Shown here: positions 18,294-28,605 of the stretch, in pieces
Numbering within the stretch: the first letter of the stretch is position 1
Layout: the number at the start of each line of letters is the position of its first letter
Origin: Candidatus Aphodoplasma sp.
GTDB lineage: Bacteria; Bacillota; Clostridia; UBA1381; UMGS1253
Length of the DNA: 64,000 nt
Assembly (NCBI GenBank): GCA_045592745.1
Contig: JAZNVH010000010.1
Span: 92,783 to 156,782, forward strand
Direction of reading: 5' to 3'
The notes under the pieces: model-generated
Told to the model about the DNA's origin: nothing
Database searches by the model: none
Seen by the model: the letters and a program-made list of their open reading frames with translations, nothing else
Translations under genes and position numbers: made by a program

Positions 18294-18986
18294 TTGCTTC
18301 TGTCATCTATTGGCTCATCTGATAGCCTTGTTCAGCTTTTGATTGAACTTATAATGCGTTTGCCGGCGGTAATACTTGCAATTTCGTTTCACGAGGCGGC
18401 GCATGGATATATAGCGTATAAATGCGGCGACCCTACGGCAAAAATGATGGGGCGTGTTACGATGAATCCGGTTGCGCATTTTGATTTAATCGGCACGCTT
18501 AGTATGCTTTTGGCAGGTTTTGGATGGGCAAAGCCCGTTGTAGTAAATTCGAGAAATTTTAGACATATAAGACTTGATAGTGCGCTTGTTGCACTTGCAG
18601 GGCCTATGGCGAACTTTATAATGGCATTTGTTGCTGCTTTGGTTTACCGGTTTGTCTTGACTTTCGTCGAATTTTCCGGCGCGGCAGGACAGCTTGTAGG
18701 TATCGCAGCAAATATGGTATTTCAAATAGTGCTTATGAATATAAGCCTTATGATTTTTAACCTTATTCCGATTCCACCGCTTGACGGGTCAAAGGTGCTG
18801 TTTTCGTTTTTGCCGGCAAAAGCGTATAATTTTATATTAAAGTATGAGCGTTATGGCTTTTTGATACTTTTTGTCGTAATTATGGTTGGAATACTTGATA
18901 TACCAATAAGTATGGCGATGAGCTGGGTGCTTGGTATTTTATTTAATATGGCACACTGGATATTTTCCGTTTTCGGACTTTTTTAG
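18294..18986 (+). CDS. Site-2 protease (M50) family membrane metalloprotease
   Basis: HEAAH, ALAGPMAN and NLIPIPPLDG motifs. Confidence 0.92.
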   Translation: MLLSSIGSSDSLVQLLIELIMRLPAVILAISFHEAAHGYIAYKCGDPTAKMMGRVTMNPVAHFDLIGTLSMLLAGFGWAKPVVVNSRNFRHIRLDSALVALAGPMANFIMAFVAALVYRFVLTFVEFSGAAGQLVGIAANMVFQIVLMNISLMIFNLIPIPPLDGSKVLFSFLPAKAYNFILKYERYGFLILFVVIMVGILDIPISMAMSWVLGILFNMAHWIFSVFGLF

Positions 18987-19022
18987 ACTCGCGCAAAGAT
19001 TTTGTAGACAGAGAGGATAAAA

Positions 19023-19796
19023 ATGGATAAGCTTACATTTAAACTTGAGGTGTTTGAGGGGCCACTTGATTTGCTTTTGCACCTTATAAGTAAAAATAAA
19101 GTCAGTATTTATGATATACCGATTGTTACTATTACCAATCAGTATTTTGAAGCGCTCTCTGTTATGCAGGAGCTCGATTTGGAAATTTCAAGTGAGTTTT
19201 GTGTGATGGCGGCACAGCTTTTGTATATAAAGTCAAAGATGCTTTTGCCAAAGCCGACGCTTGAAGAGGAGGAAGACCCACGCGAAGAGCTTGCAAAAAG
19301 ACTTTTGGAATATCAAAAATATAAGCAGGCGTCGCAAAAGCTTAAAGAACGTGAATTTTATTATAAATATATGTATTTTAAAGAGCCAGACGAGATTGAG
19401 CCATTAACGCCGCCACCACCTGACAGCTACCCTATAGAAAAGCTTATGGAGGCGTTTTACGATGTGCTTGAACGCACAAAAAGAAGGGCGCCACCACCAA
19501 AGAAAAACTTTGATGGTATAGTAAAAAGGCGCGTTGTGTCGGTGCGCGATAGGGCAAACAGAATTGTAAATATGCTCGGCGCAAAAAAACGCATAAGTTT
19601 TACATCGCTTTTTGATGGTGATACAGACAAGCCCGAGCTTGTGGCGACATTTTTAGCGCTTCTGGAGCTTATACGTATGAATATGGTATATGCGCAGGAC
19701 GAAAATGGTCAGATTGTTTTAAGCTGTGCACAAAATGGCGATAATGTAAATGGAGAAGATAGTATAAATGGAGAAGAATTTACAGGGAATTATTGA
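19023..19796 (+). CDS. scpA: Segregation and condensation protein A
   Basis: FEGPLDLLLHLI..NK.SIYDIPI and C-terminal VATFLALLEL. Confidence 0.96.
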   Translation: MDKLTFKLEVFEGPLDLLLHLISKNKVSIYDIPIVTITNQYFEALSVMQELDLEISSEFCVMAAQLLYIKSKMLLPKPTLEEEEDPREELAKRLLEYQKYKQASQKLKEREFYYKYMYFKEPDEIEPLTPPPPDSYPIEKLMEAFYDVLERTKRRAPPPKKNFDGIVKRRVVSVRDRANRIVNMLGAKKRISFTSLFDGDTDKPELVATFLALLELIRMNMVYAQDENGQIVLSCAQNGDNVNGEDSINGEEFTGNY

Positions 19797-20322
19797 GAGC
19801 ATACTCTTTGCAGCAGGCGAAGCGGTAAGAACAGATAAAATTGCACAGATTGCTGATATATCGGTCGCACTCGCAAAGGAGGAGCTTGAAAAGCTTTCGG
19901 CATATTATACCGAGCAGCAACGTGGTTTTGCTCTTATAGAGCTTGATGACGGATATCAGATTTGTACAAGACCTGAGTATTATACATATGTACAGGCTAT
20001 GGCAGGAATGAAAAGACAGCAGGGACTTTCAAACGCTGCATTTGAGGCTCTTAGCATTATTGCATACAATCAGCCCGTAACCAAAGCGACGATAGAGTTT
20101 ATACGCGGTGTAAACAGCGATGGCGCGGTACAGCGCCTTGTCGAGCGTGGACTTGTTGAGGAGCGCGGAAGGCTCGATTCGCCCGGCAAGCCAATACTTT
20201 ATGGTACTACACAGGAATTTTTGCGCACCTTTGGGCTTAAAACACTTGGTGATTTGCCCGAGGTTGAGGCGCCGCTTCCAATGGAAGATGAAAATGAAAA
20301 TCAGTTAAAGCTTGATATATAG
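19768..20322 (+). CDS. scpB: SMC-Scp complex subunit ScpB
   Basis: ESILFAAGE, LSNAAFEALSIIAYNQPVTK..IEFIRGV and LYGTTQEFL..FGL. Confidence 0.96.
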   Translation: MEKNLQGIIESILFAAGEAVRTDKIAQIADISVALAKEELEKLSAYYTEQQRGFALIELDDGYQICTRPEYYTYVQAMAGMKRQQGLSNAAFEALSIIAYNQPVTKATIEFIRGVNSDGAVQRLVERGLVEERGRLDSPGKPILYGTTQEFLRTFGLKTLGDLPEVEAPLPMEDENENQLKLDI

Positions 20323-20333
20323 CTAATTAGGAG

Positions 20334-20957
20334 ATGAGGCATATGTGGATATGGATTTGCGCACTAATATTGATTATATGCGCGCTGACAATTCTTATAT
20401 TTAAGCGTATGCCGATTGAGATTATATATGCGGCAAGTGCAAAGCATAAAAAGCAGGCTTTTAGAGTAAAGGTATATTCGATAGATATCATACGCGATAA
20501 AAGTAAAAAATCTGCCAAGTCAAAAAAGAAGAAGGACAAAAAGAGCAAAGGAAAAAAAGATTTTAGTTTTGAAAAGTTTATGAAATGGCTTTCGTGGGTA
20601 AAAGACATATACAAGGCGATAAAGGATTGTCTTACAGAGGTTTTTGAGTATCTCGGCAAAAAAGCTCAGTGCAGAAACTTTACCGTGCATCTTGATTTGG
20701 GCTTTGAAAGTGCTGCAGATACTGGAATCGCAGCCGGAGCGGCGTATGGAAGCGTATACGGCGCAGCAAGTCTTGTGTATAACAACCTTGACATAAAAAA
20801 AGAAGAGCTTGATATACGCGTGACCCCACACTTTGACAATCCGTGCGGCGACCTGTATGTAAAAGGCATATTTTATCTTTCGATAGCACATATTATAAAA
20901 GTGGTACTGATGTTACTTAAAGTAAATAAAAAAATAAAACAAATTATTAAACAATAA
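20334..20957 (+). CDS. DUF2953 (YtfI-like) protein
   Basis: N-terminal TM, Lys-rich linker, AADTGIAAG motif; lies directly before ytfJ. Confidence 0.75.
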   Translation: MRHMWIWICALILIICALTILIFKRMPIEIIYAASAKHKKQAFRVKVYSIDIIRDKSKKSAKSKKKKDKKSKGKKDFSFEKFMKWLSWVKDIYKAIKDCLTEVFEYLGKKAQCRNFTVHLDLGFESAADTGIAAGAAYGSVYGAASLVYNNLDIKKEELDIRVTPHFDNPCGDLYVKGIFYLSIAHIIKVVLMLLKVNKKIKQIIKQ

Positions 20958-20975
20958 GAAAAGGCGGTGTGTTTT

Positions 20976-21404
20976 ATGGGAAATCATCCTATCGATGGTC
21001 TTATGTCCACAGCAATGCAAAACATTAAAGAAATGGTAGACGTTGACACTATTGTCGGCGCGCCGGTAGAATCACCTGATGGCAGCGTGATAATTCCGAT
21101 TTCGCGTGTAGCTTTTGGCTTTGCAGCAGGCGGCAGCGAATTTGGTAAAAAGCAAAACGAGGCTGATGCAATGTTTGGCGGCGGCTCAGGCGGCGGTGTT
21201 TCAATTTCTCCGGTAGCTTTTATGGTTGTAGGTCAGGGTCAGATTAAGCTTTTGCCTATCGGGGCAAATCTTACTCCTGTTGACAGAATACTTGACTTTA
21301 TTCCGGGACTTATTGAAAAGATAAACGATAAGATTGGTCACAAAAAGGTTGAGAAGGTTGACAAGAAAAAGCCTGTAACTGTTGAGGCGGTTTTTAACGA
21401 CTAA
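20976..21404 (+). CDS. ytfJ: GerW/YtfJ family sporulation protein
   Basis: MQNIKEMVDVDTIVG.P, IIPISRVAFGFAAGGSEF and FGGGSGGGVSISPVAF. Confidence 0.92.
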   Translation: MGNHPIDGLMSTAMQNIKEMVDVDTIVGAPVESPDGSVIIPISRVAFGFAAGGSEFGKKQNEADAMFGGGSGGGVSISPVAFMVVGQGQIKLLPIGANLTPVDRILDFIPGLIEKINDKIGHKKVEKVDKKKPVTVEAVFND

Positions 21405-21420
21405 ATTTTAGGGACATAGA

Positions 21421-21698
21421 GGCCACCACCAGATAAGGCAGTTTTGTCCTAAAAGACTTACTTTTGGCGAATTTCTACGTTAAAAAAGCGGATAAACCTC
21501 ACGGTTTATCCGCTTTTTTGACTTAAACTTCATCCAAAATTAAATTTTTTAGGATGCACGGCAGTTTTGAATTGAGATATTTTTCGTTTAGACAAATCAT
21601 AAAAAATCTCGATATACTCGCGTATTTTGGGATTTTTTTGTGTAGTACAAGCGGAAAATAGCCATTCAAAACCAATACTTCCTTATCTGGTGGTGGCC
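21421..21698. repeat. 18-bp perfect inverted repeat pair (GGCCACCACCAGATAAGG)
   Basis: Copy 1 at 21421-21438 (+); reverse-complement copy at 21681-21698; partial similarity extends about 8 nt further inward. Confidence 0.9.
21482..21519. terminator. Bidirectional intrinsic terminator
   Basis: AAAAAA-GCGGATAAACC-TCAC-GGTTTATCCGC-TTTTTT. Confidence 0.9.
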
Positions 21699-21740
21699 AA
21701 AGCGTATGCAAATATTGCATACGCTTTAATATTTTATATA

Positions 21741-22673
21741 TTATTCGGCAAAATTTATTCTCTTTGTTTTTTCTTTCTTTCTGTAATGAAGAGGAGTCAT
21801 CTTTTCATATTTTTTAAATATATCATTAAAACGCTGCTGGCTTGAAAAACCGATTTCTTTTGCGATATCATTGATTTTCTGGTCGGTATTTGCAAGTAAA
21901 TCTTTAGCGGCTTCAATGCGAACATTCAAAAGATATTTTTTTGGGCTTATACCAAATTCGTCCTTAAAAGTATGTGCAAAATAGCTTTCGCTTAAAAATA
22001 TGTATCCGGCTATGTCTGAGAGTGATAATTCTCTGCTGTAATTTGTATTTATATATTCTTTTGAAATATTTAAAAGCTCTTTAAGCTTTACGCTGCGGCT
22101 TCGTATATTTTGCTCCCATTCTTGTTTAAGATTACGGCTTACTAAAATAAACAGCTCCATTATCAGAAGATAGCACAAATAATCGCCCCATATTTGCTGA
22201 CGGTCGTGCTCTTTGAGTATGCGGTTCATTACGCCGACAATTTCGTTTTTGCGGCTGAGTTTAAGATTTATAAAAGCAGTTGAATCATCATTTACAAACT
22301 CGATAAAGTCTGCGAGCGACAAATCAGAAGCGTCAGGGTCTTTTGTGTTTGCAAATTTAAAGCTGAGCACCAAAAACTCACAGCCGCCTTTTGAACGAAC
22401 AATAAATTTATGAGCCTGATGAGGTTTTATTATGATTATATCGTTTACACCCATTGGCACGTCCGTGCCTGCGACCTGAAATATGGCGTCTCCGCGTTTT
22501 AAGTATACCATTTCAAAGTGGTCATGATAATTTATGTTCATTGAACAGTTTGCATCATGTATTTTTTCAATTGTTTTAACAATTACAGGCAAAAAGGTTT
22601 GTGCCCCAAAAAGCGATTCCCAAGTGCGCGGGAGCTTTGTGTGTGGCATATTCTCCATGTTATCACTTCCCAT
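21741..22673 (-). CDS. AraC-family transcriptional regulator (cupin plus HTH)
   Basis: HDHFEMVY cupin domain; C-terminal LSLSDIAG...SESYFAHTFK and IAKEIGFSSQQRFNDIFKK. Confidence 0.92.
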   Translation of the reverse strand: MGSDNMENMPHTKLPRTWESLFGAQTFLPVIVKTIEKIHDANCSMNINYHDHFEMVYLKRGDAIFQVAGTDVPMGVNDIIIIKPHQAHKFIVRSKGGCEFLVLSFKFANTKDPDASDLSLADFIEFVNDDSTAFINLKLSRKNEIVGVMNRILKEHDRQQIWGDYLCYLLIMELFILVSRNLKQEWEQNIRSRSVKLKELLNISKEYINTNYSRELSLSDIAGYIFLSESYFAHTFKDEFGISPKKYLLNVRIEAAKDLLANTDQKINDIAKEIGFSSQQRFNDIFKKYEKMTPLHYRKKEKTKRINFAE

Positions 22674-22861
22674 GAGTTTATATCTACATTATAACTGTTA
22701 TAAAAAGCTTTTTCAACATAAAAATCAATAAATTAACAAAAATCGCAAAAATTGATTAGCAATGATACAAATTTTTATAATTGCTATATGCAAGTTTTAA
22801 GGTAAAATCATTATATCTTGTTTACAAATTTAAATAATTTGATATAATGATATAAAAGGTA

Positions 22862-24019
22862 TTGTGTTTATGGAAGGTTGGTTCAATAAAAATGGTACAA
22901 CACAAACAATTTGGTAAAAAAATACTTGACAGCATTGATCCTGTTTTAGTATGTCTTTGTATAACGGCATCGATTTTAGGCATTGTTGCAATTTTTTCAG
23001 CTACATACAGTATGGGTACGTACAGGCTTGTTATAGTGCAAAGCTGTGCATTTGTGGTGGGTGTTATTGCTATGCTTTGTATAAGCCGTGTTGATTATGA
23101 GCTGTGGGGCGAGGCGACAAAGCTTATATATATAGGAAATGTAATTCTTTTGGTACTTGTACTTTTTATCGGAATGGGACGTGATACAACGGGTACAAAG
23201 GGTTGGATTGATATTGGACCGGTAAGCCTTCAGCCTGCAGAATTTGTAAAGCTTGGCTTTGTTTTAACGTTTGCAAAGCATTTGCAGGCAGTAAAAGACG
23301 ATGTGAATTATATCCCCACGCTTATTTTGCTTACACTTCATATGGCACTCATTGTGGGACTGATTCTTCTTCAGCCTGATGCAGGTACAGCAATGGTATT
23401 TGTATTCATCTTCTTATCGATGCTTTTTGCGGCAGGTTTTAGTTATAAATATCTTGCGGCAGGAACGATAGCTTTTGTAGTTGCAGCACCAATTTTCTGG
23501 TATTTTAAAGAAAGCTTTTTATCAACGTATCAGATTAACCGATTTTTAGTATTTTTTGACCCTTACCGCGACCCCGCAGGTGCAGGATACAATGTAATTC
23601 AGTCTGAAATATCAATTGGCTCAGGACAGCTTGCAGGTCAAGGGTATTTACAGGGAAGCCAAAATCAGCTTGAGTATCTTCCTGCAAAGCATACAGATTT
23701 TATATTTGCAACGATAGGCGAGGAGTGGGGCTTTATTGGCGCAATTGTTGTTGTAGCACTCTTAGTGTTTATAATTATGCGCTCTCTCTCGATTGCACGC
23801 AAGGTAAATGATGATTATGGCTGCTTTATATGTGTAGGAATTGCGTCGATGTTTGCTTTTCATATGATTGAAAATATAGGAATGTGTTTGCAGCTTATGC
23901 CCGTTACGGGTATACCGCTCCCGTTTTTTAGTTATGGTGGTTCGTCACTTTTAACAAACCTTATGGCAATAGGCTTTGTCAATTCTGTCAGCAGGCGAAC
24001 GCGTGGACTAAATTTTTAA
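22862..24019 (+). CDS. rodA: SEDS-family peptidoglycan polymerase, RodA type
   Basis: QPAEFVK, QPDAGT, GAGYNVIQS.ISIGSG, LPAKHTDFIF and PFFSYGGSS. Exact start is uncertain (possibly ATG 22892). Confidence 0.85.
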   Translation: MCLWKVGSIKMVQHKQFGKKILDSIDPVLVCLCITASILGIVAIFSATYSMGTYRLVIVQSCAFVVGVIAMLCISRVDYELWGEATKLIYIGNVILLVLVLFIGMGRDTTGTKGWIDIGPVSLQPAEFVKLGFVLTFAKHLQAVKDDVNYIPTLILLTLHMALIVGLILLQPDAGTAMVFVFIFLSMLFAAGFSYKYLAAGTIAFVVAAPIFWYFKESFLSTYQINRFLVFFDPYRDPAGAGYNVIQSEISIGSGQLAGQGYLQGSQNQLEYLPAKHTDFIFATIGEEWGFIGAIVVVALLVFIIMRSLSIARKVNDDYGCFICVGIASMFAFHMIENIGMCLQLMPVTGIPLPFFSYGGSSLLTNLMAIGFVNSVSRRTRGLNF

Positions 24020-24035
24020 ATAAAATAGTTAAAAG

Positions 24036-24066
24036 AAAAAAGGAGAACAATTTGTTCTCCTTTTTT
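24036..24066. terminator. Bidirectional intrinsic terminator (rodA / HAD gene)
   Basis: AAAAAAGGAGAACA/TGTTCTCCTTTTTT. Confidence 0.85.
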
Positions 24067-24080
24067 ACACTTATTTACAC

Positions 24081-24722
24081 TTACATAAGCTCATCAAAGC
24101 TGAGTATATACATATCAGCCGTTTTTATTATTTTATCCGTATCTTTTTTTGAGTACTCCTCATGCACGCCTATGGTATAAAAGCCGGCGCTCTTTGCACT
24201 GTTTATACCTGAAAAAATATCTTCAAATACAACGCATTTTTCGGGTGCTATACCGAGCTTTTGTGCAGTGAGAAGATAAATATCAGGAAAATCTTTTCCA
24301 CGCGAAACCTCATCTGCATGCGTAATAGCATCAAATAAATCATATATGCCAAGATTTTTTAGTGCAGGCACATAAATTTCGGGATCAGATGCCGTCGCTA
24401 TACCGAGTTTTATACCTTGCTTTTTAAGGTTATGTAAATACTCATGCGCACCGGGCTTCATATTTACGTTGCTCTTATATTCTTTTAATGCGAGCATATT
24501 CCATTCTTTTATCAAATCCTGTGGTGTGTCGGACAAAGAAAAACGCTCAATAGTATACTCCGCTGTTTGAATGACGCCCATTGGGTTAATTATATCCATA
24601 TAATCATCGGGCACGTCAATTCCGCGGCGTCCAAGAAAATTTTTATCAACCTCGTCCCATACCCATAACGAATCGAGCAGTGTTCCGTCTAAATCAAAAA
24701 TTGCGCCTTCAAAATCTTTCAT
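24081..24722 (-). CDS. HAD-family phosphatase
   Basis: FDLDGTLLDS, GKDFPDIY and VFED motifs. Confidence 0.9.
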   Translation of the reverse strand: MKDFEGAIFDLDGTLLDSLWVWDEVDKNFLGRRGIDVPDDYMDIINPMGVIQTAEYTIERFSLSDTPQDLIKEWNMLALKEYKSNVNMKPGAHEYLHNLKKQGIKLGIATASDPEIYVPALKNLGIYDLFDAITHADEVSRGKDFPDIYLLTAQKLGIAPEKCVVFEDIFSGINSAKSAGFYTIGVHEEYSKKDTDKIIKTADMYILSFDELM

Positions 24723-24800
24723 TATTTTACTCCTGTTTGTAAATCTGTATTTAATAATTATAATAACACATTTTTCTTTGTTTGTGAATACGCTTTTTAT

Positions 24801-24835
24801 AAAAAAACACAGATGGTCTTAGCCATCTGTGTTTT
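24801..24835 (-). terminator. Intrinsic terminator after uxuAB
   Basis: AAAACACAGATGG/CCATCTGTGTTTT stem with a U-tract on the - strand. Confidence 0.75.
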
Positions 24836-24854
24836 CTATGCTTAAAAATATTTT

Positions 24855-25697
24855 TTATACACCTGAATATGCTGAGAAGCCACCATCAACGGGAATTACA
24901 ACACCTGTAACAAAAGCTGACTGTTCATTGTCAACAAGATACAAAAGTGTGCCAAGAAGATCCTCGGGTACACCAAAACGCTTCATTGGTGTTGCGTTTA
25001 AAATCTTGTGTGAACGCTCAGTATAGCTGCCGTCTTCATTTGTAAGAAGAGACTTGTTCTGCGCTGTAAGGAAGAATCCCGGTGCGATTGCGTTTACACG
25101 AATTCCTGTCTTGGCAAAGTGTACTGCAAGCCACTGTGTAAAGTTTGATATAGCAGCTTTTGCACCCGAGTATGCGGGTATTCTTGTAAGCGGACAAAAC
25201 GCATTCATTGATGAAACGTTAAGAATAATACCGTCTTCGTTTCTTGCCATATCCTCTGCAAAAACCTGAGTCGGAAGCAGTGTTCCAAGGAAGTTTAGGT
25301 CAAATACAAAACGGATTCCGTCGGGGTCTAAATCAAAGAATGATTTTACAGCCTCGTCATCTATATCACCCGGCTCGTATGTGTCTTTTTGTGTAGAGCC
25401 TTTGGGATTGTTTCCGCCGGCACCATTTATAAGAACATCAACCTTACCAAGCTTTTCGTTTATTATCTTTTTTGCTTCTACCAAAGAATCGCGAACTAAA
25501 ACATTACATCCGACTGCGATTGCGTTTCCACCGTTTTTGTTTATTTCTTCTGCAACATTTGCTGCAGCCTGCTCATTTAAGTCAAGCAGTGCAATTTTTG
25601 CGCCGCACTCGCCGAGTGCTTTTGCAAATTCACTGCACAAGATACCGCCTGCGCCTGTTACAACGCAAACCTTGCCACTTAAATCAATCTTTCTCAT
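24855..25697 (-). CDS. uxuB: D-mannonate oxidoreductase (SDR family)
   Basis: [34 protein letters not shown] (YxxxK); overlaps the uxuA stop (ATGA). Confidence 0.85.
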   Translation of the reverse strand: MRKIDLSGKVCVVTGAGGILCSEFAKALGECGAKIALLDLNEQAAANVAEEINKNGGNAIAVGCNVLVRDSLVEAKKIINEKLGKVDVLINGAGGNNPKGSTQKDTYEPGDIDDEAVKSFFDLDPDGIRFVFDLNFLGTLLPTQVFAEDMARNEDGIILNVSSMNAFCPLTRIPAYSGAKAAISNFTQWLAVHFAKTGIRVNAIAPGFFLTAQNKSLLTNEDGSYTERSHKILNATPMKRFGVPEDLLGTLLYLVDNEQSAFVTGVVIPVDGGFSAYSGV

Positions 25698-26749
25698 GCT
25701 TTGATACCGTCCTTTGCATTTTTGTCAATTGCTTCCCAAAGGCCGTTTATATAAGTTGCACCAAGTGCTCTGTCGAAAAGACCATAACCCGGGCGGCCTT
25801 TTTCACCCCAGATCATACGACCGTGGTCGGGACGCACATACATATCAAAGCCTATTTCATGCATTGCTTTCATAATTTCATACATATCAAGTGAACCGCA
25901 GGAAGAAAGATGAGCTGCTTCTTCAAAGCAATGATCATCTGTGATTTTAATGTTACGAAGGTGAATAAAGTGTGCTCTTTCGCCATATTTGCGGATAATT
26001 GCCGGCAAATCATTTGCGGGTGATGCTCCAAGGCTGCCTGTGCAAACTGTGAAACCATTGTTGATGCTTGGACAGATTTTAATCATCTTATCATAGCTGT
26101 CAGCACCTGTGATTATGCGCGGAAGTCCGAAAATCGGCCACGGCGGGTCATCGGGGTGGATTGCCATTTTCATATCTACCTCGTCGCATACCGGAATGAT
26201 GGCGTTAAGGAAGTATGCAAAGTTTTCCCAAAGCTTGTCTGCGTCAATATCTTTATACTCGTCCAAAAGCTTGTTAAGACCATCTTTTGTATAGCTTGAA
26301 TCCCAGCCGGGAAGTGACAAATCCGATGTGCGCGGATTCATAGCGTCAACCTCTGCCTGTCTGAAGATAAGCGCGCTTGAATTGTCGTCAAGCTTGTAAT
26401 CAAGGTCTGAACGGAGCCAGTCAAATACAGGCATAAAGTTATAGCAGATAACCTTTATACCATATTTTGCAAGATTTCTTATTGTCTGGCAATAATTAGC
26501 AAGATATCTGTCGCGCGAAGGCTTTCCGAGCTTGATATCCTCGTGTACAGGAACACTTTCAATTACGTCGAGCTTGAGTCCTGCATTTTCAACCTTTTTT
26601 ACCAACGCAGCAATGCTGCCTTCGTCCCACACTTCGCCAACAGGGATATCGTAAATTGCGCTTACGATAGAATACATGCCTGGAATCTGGCGTATGTACT
26701 CGAGTGTTACCGGGTCAGAATCGCCATACCAGCGAAATGACATTTTCAT
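25694..26749 (-). CDS. uxuA: Mannonate dehydratase
   Basis: [39 protein letters not shown] and [11 protein letters not shown]. Confidence 0.96.
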   Translation of the reverse strand: MKMSFRWYGDSDPVTLEYIRQIPGMYSIVSAIYDIPVGEVWDEGSIAALVKKVENAGLKLDVIESVPVHEDIKLGKPSRDRYLANYCQTIRNLAKYGIKVICYNFMPVFDWLRSDLDYKLDDNSSALIFRQAEVDAMNPRTSDLSLPGWDSSYTKDGLNKLLDEYKDIDADKLWENFAYFLNAIIPVCDEVDMKMAIHPDDPPWPIFGLPRIITGADSYDKMIKICPSINNGFTVCTGSLGASPANDLPAIIRKYGERAHFIHLRNIKITDDHCFEEAAHLSSCGSLDMYEIMKAMHEIGFDMYVRPDHGRMIWGEKGRPGYGLFDRALGATYINGLWEAIDKNAKDGIKA

Positions 26750-26910
26750 AATAATTTCACGAACCTTTCTGTCTAATATTGTTTGAATTACTTTATATAT
26801 GTACGCATGTGCGCCATAATACTTTTTTATATTGTTTTAGTGAACTGCACTCATATTATCCTATATCTATAATACAAAAATTGATTTTATCCATAAATTG
26901 TTCTCTCTTT

Positions 26911-26939
26911 ATTTTACAATATAAATCAAATAGTTTCAA
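26911..26939 (-). promoter_or_regulatory. SigA-type promoter for uxuAB, flanked by 13-bp direct repeats
   Basis: TTGAAA-17 nt-TAAAAT on the - strand; ATATTATCCTATA at 26853-26865 and 26985-26997. Confidence 0.6.
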
Positions 26940-27037
26940 GTACTTTATTTAAAGAATTATATGCAAGAGTAAAAGCGTTAAGATATATTATCCTATAAAT
27001 GATTAATTCTACAATTTTTGATGTTGTTTTTATAAAG

Positions 27038-27071
27038 AAATAGCTGCTGAAATATCATCAGCAGCTATTTT
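27038..27071 (-). terminator. Intrinsic terminator after rhaB
   Basis: AAATAGCTGCTGA/TCAGCAGCTATTT stem. Confidence 0.75.
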
Positions 27072-27094
27072 GAATTAAAAAACTTTACATATAC

Positions 27095-28549
27095 TTATTT
27101 GCATATTTCGATGTACTTTTCGTATGCCTTATCCCACAAATCCATATCCTGAGGCTCGTAACGAACGAGGTTATACGAATTTTCAACAACCTCGCGCGCA
27201 GCTTCAAGCGAATTAATCTCGCCAAGCGCCACATACTGCATAAGTGCGTTTCCTATGCTTGTAGCTTCTACCGGACCTGCAATTACTGGAATTTTTGTCG
27301 CATTTGCAATAAACTGACAAAGTATCTTACTCTGTGTGCCACCGCCAACAGCGTGGATTGCTTCGATTTTTTCCGGAAGCATTGTCGAAATCTCTTTTAC
27401 AGATTTTGCACACTCAAGTGCAAGACTTTCAATAATTGTGCGGTTAAGCTCGCCAAGTGTTTCGGGCTTATTTTGATTTGTCATTTTGGCAAATTTTTCA
27501 ATACGGGCTACCATATCGCCGGGGCGTGAGAATGCATCATAATTAGGATTGATAATGCATTTAAACGGCTCAGCCTTTACTGCAGCATCCTCAAGTTCTT
27601 GATATGAAACTGTGGTGCCTTTGCGTGCAAGTGCACGACGGCTTTCCTGCTGAATCCAGAGTCCCATTATATTATGAAGGAAACGATATGTTCCAAAAAC
27701 GCCTCCCTCGTTTGTATAGTTATAAGACTGACTCTGCTCGGTTATAATAGGCTCTGTTGTTTCAGCGCCGAGCAGTAGCCATGTTCCGCAGCTTATATAT
27801 AAATTCTTGTTTGGATTTTTCATCGGTGCGGCAACAACCGCGGATGCTGTATCATGAGATGCAACAGCAATCACAGGAACGCTTTCTACACCAAGCTCTT
27901 CGCATATTTCATCGCTTAGATTGCCGATAATACTGCCGGGCATTACGATGTCTGCAAATTTGTTATCAAGGTCAAAGCTTTTCAAAAGCTCATTATCAAA
28001 ATCACGTGATTTTGCATTAAGCATCTGACTTGTTGATGCAATTGTGTACTCTGTTTTTTTCACGCCTGTAAGCATATAGTTAAACAGGTCGGGAATAAAG
28101 AGGGCGCTGTCAGCTGCGGCAAAAACGGGTTCCTTTGCAGAACACATATACTGGAAAAGTGTGTTGATAAAAGCAAACTGTATACCGGTTTTATCAAAGA
28201 TATTTTGCTTTTGCTCATCTGTAAGAACTATTGCATCGGTACGTGTATCGCGGTAGTGATACGGATTTTGCAAAAGGCGACCGTCTTTGTCAAGAAGACC
28301 ATAATCAACGCCCCATGTGTCTATACCGATAGCACCAAATTTTTTGCCTGCATTTTTACATTTTAAAATGCCCTGTTTGATTTCGTGAAAAAGTCTTAAC
28401 ACATCCCAGTGATAGTTTCCGCGAACCATTACGGGGTCATTATCAAAACGGTGAATTTCCTCATAGGTAAGCTTGCCGTTTTCATAAGAGAAAATCAGCG
28501 CACGTCCGCTTGAGGCACCAAAGTCAAATGCGAGAACATTTTTACTCAT
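27095..28549 (-). CDS. rhaB: Rhamnulokinase (FGGY family)
   Basis: AFDFGASSGR, GIDTWGVDYGL, VASHDTASA, YISCGTW and HAVGGG; downstream of rhaA. Confidence 0.9.
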   Translation of the reverse strand: MSKNVLAFDFGASSGRALIFSYENGKLTYEEIHRFDNDPVMVRGNYHWDVLRLFHEIKQGILKCKNAGKKFGAIGIDTWGVDYGLLDKDGRLLQNPYHYRDTRTDAIVLTDEQKQNIFDKTGIQFAFINTLFQYMCSAKEPVFAAADSALFIPDLFNYMLTGVKKTEYTIASTSQMLNAKSRDFDNELLKSFDLDNKFADIVMPGSIIGNLSDEICEELGVESVPVIAVASHDTASAVVAAPMKNPNKNLYISCGTWLLLGAETTEPIITEQSQSYNYTNEGGVFGTYRFLHNIMGLWIQQESRRALARKGTTVSYQELEDAAVKAEPFKCIINPNYDAFSRPGDMVARIEKFAKMTNQNKPETLGELNRTIIESLALECAKSVKEISTMLPEKIEAIHAVGGGTQSKILCQFIANATKIPVIAGPVEATSIGNALMQYVALGEINSLEAAREVVENSYNLVRYEPQDMDLWDKAYEKYIEICK

Positions 28550-28605
28550 AGAGTTTTCTTCCTTTCTACCGCTTGTGTGCGTTTTGATTTATATAAAAGT
28601 AAGAT

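Noticed and set aside
21523-21720. 65-aa ORF (MQYLHTLWPPPDK...) as a small protein or arrest peptide
   Set aside because: No RBS, the ATG sits inside a hairpin, and the PPPDK stretch is simply the DNA repeat. The other repeat copy is preceded by an in-frame stop.
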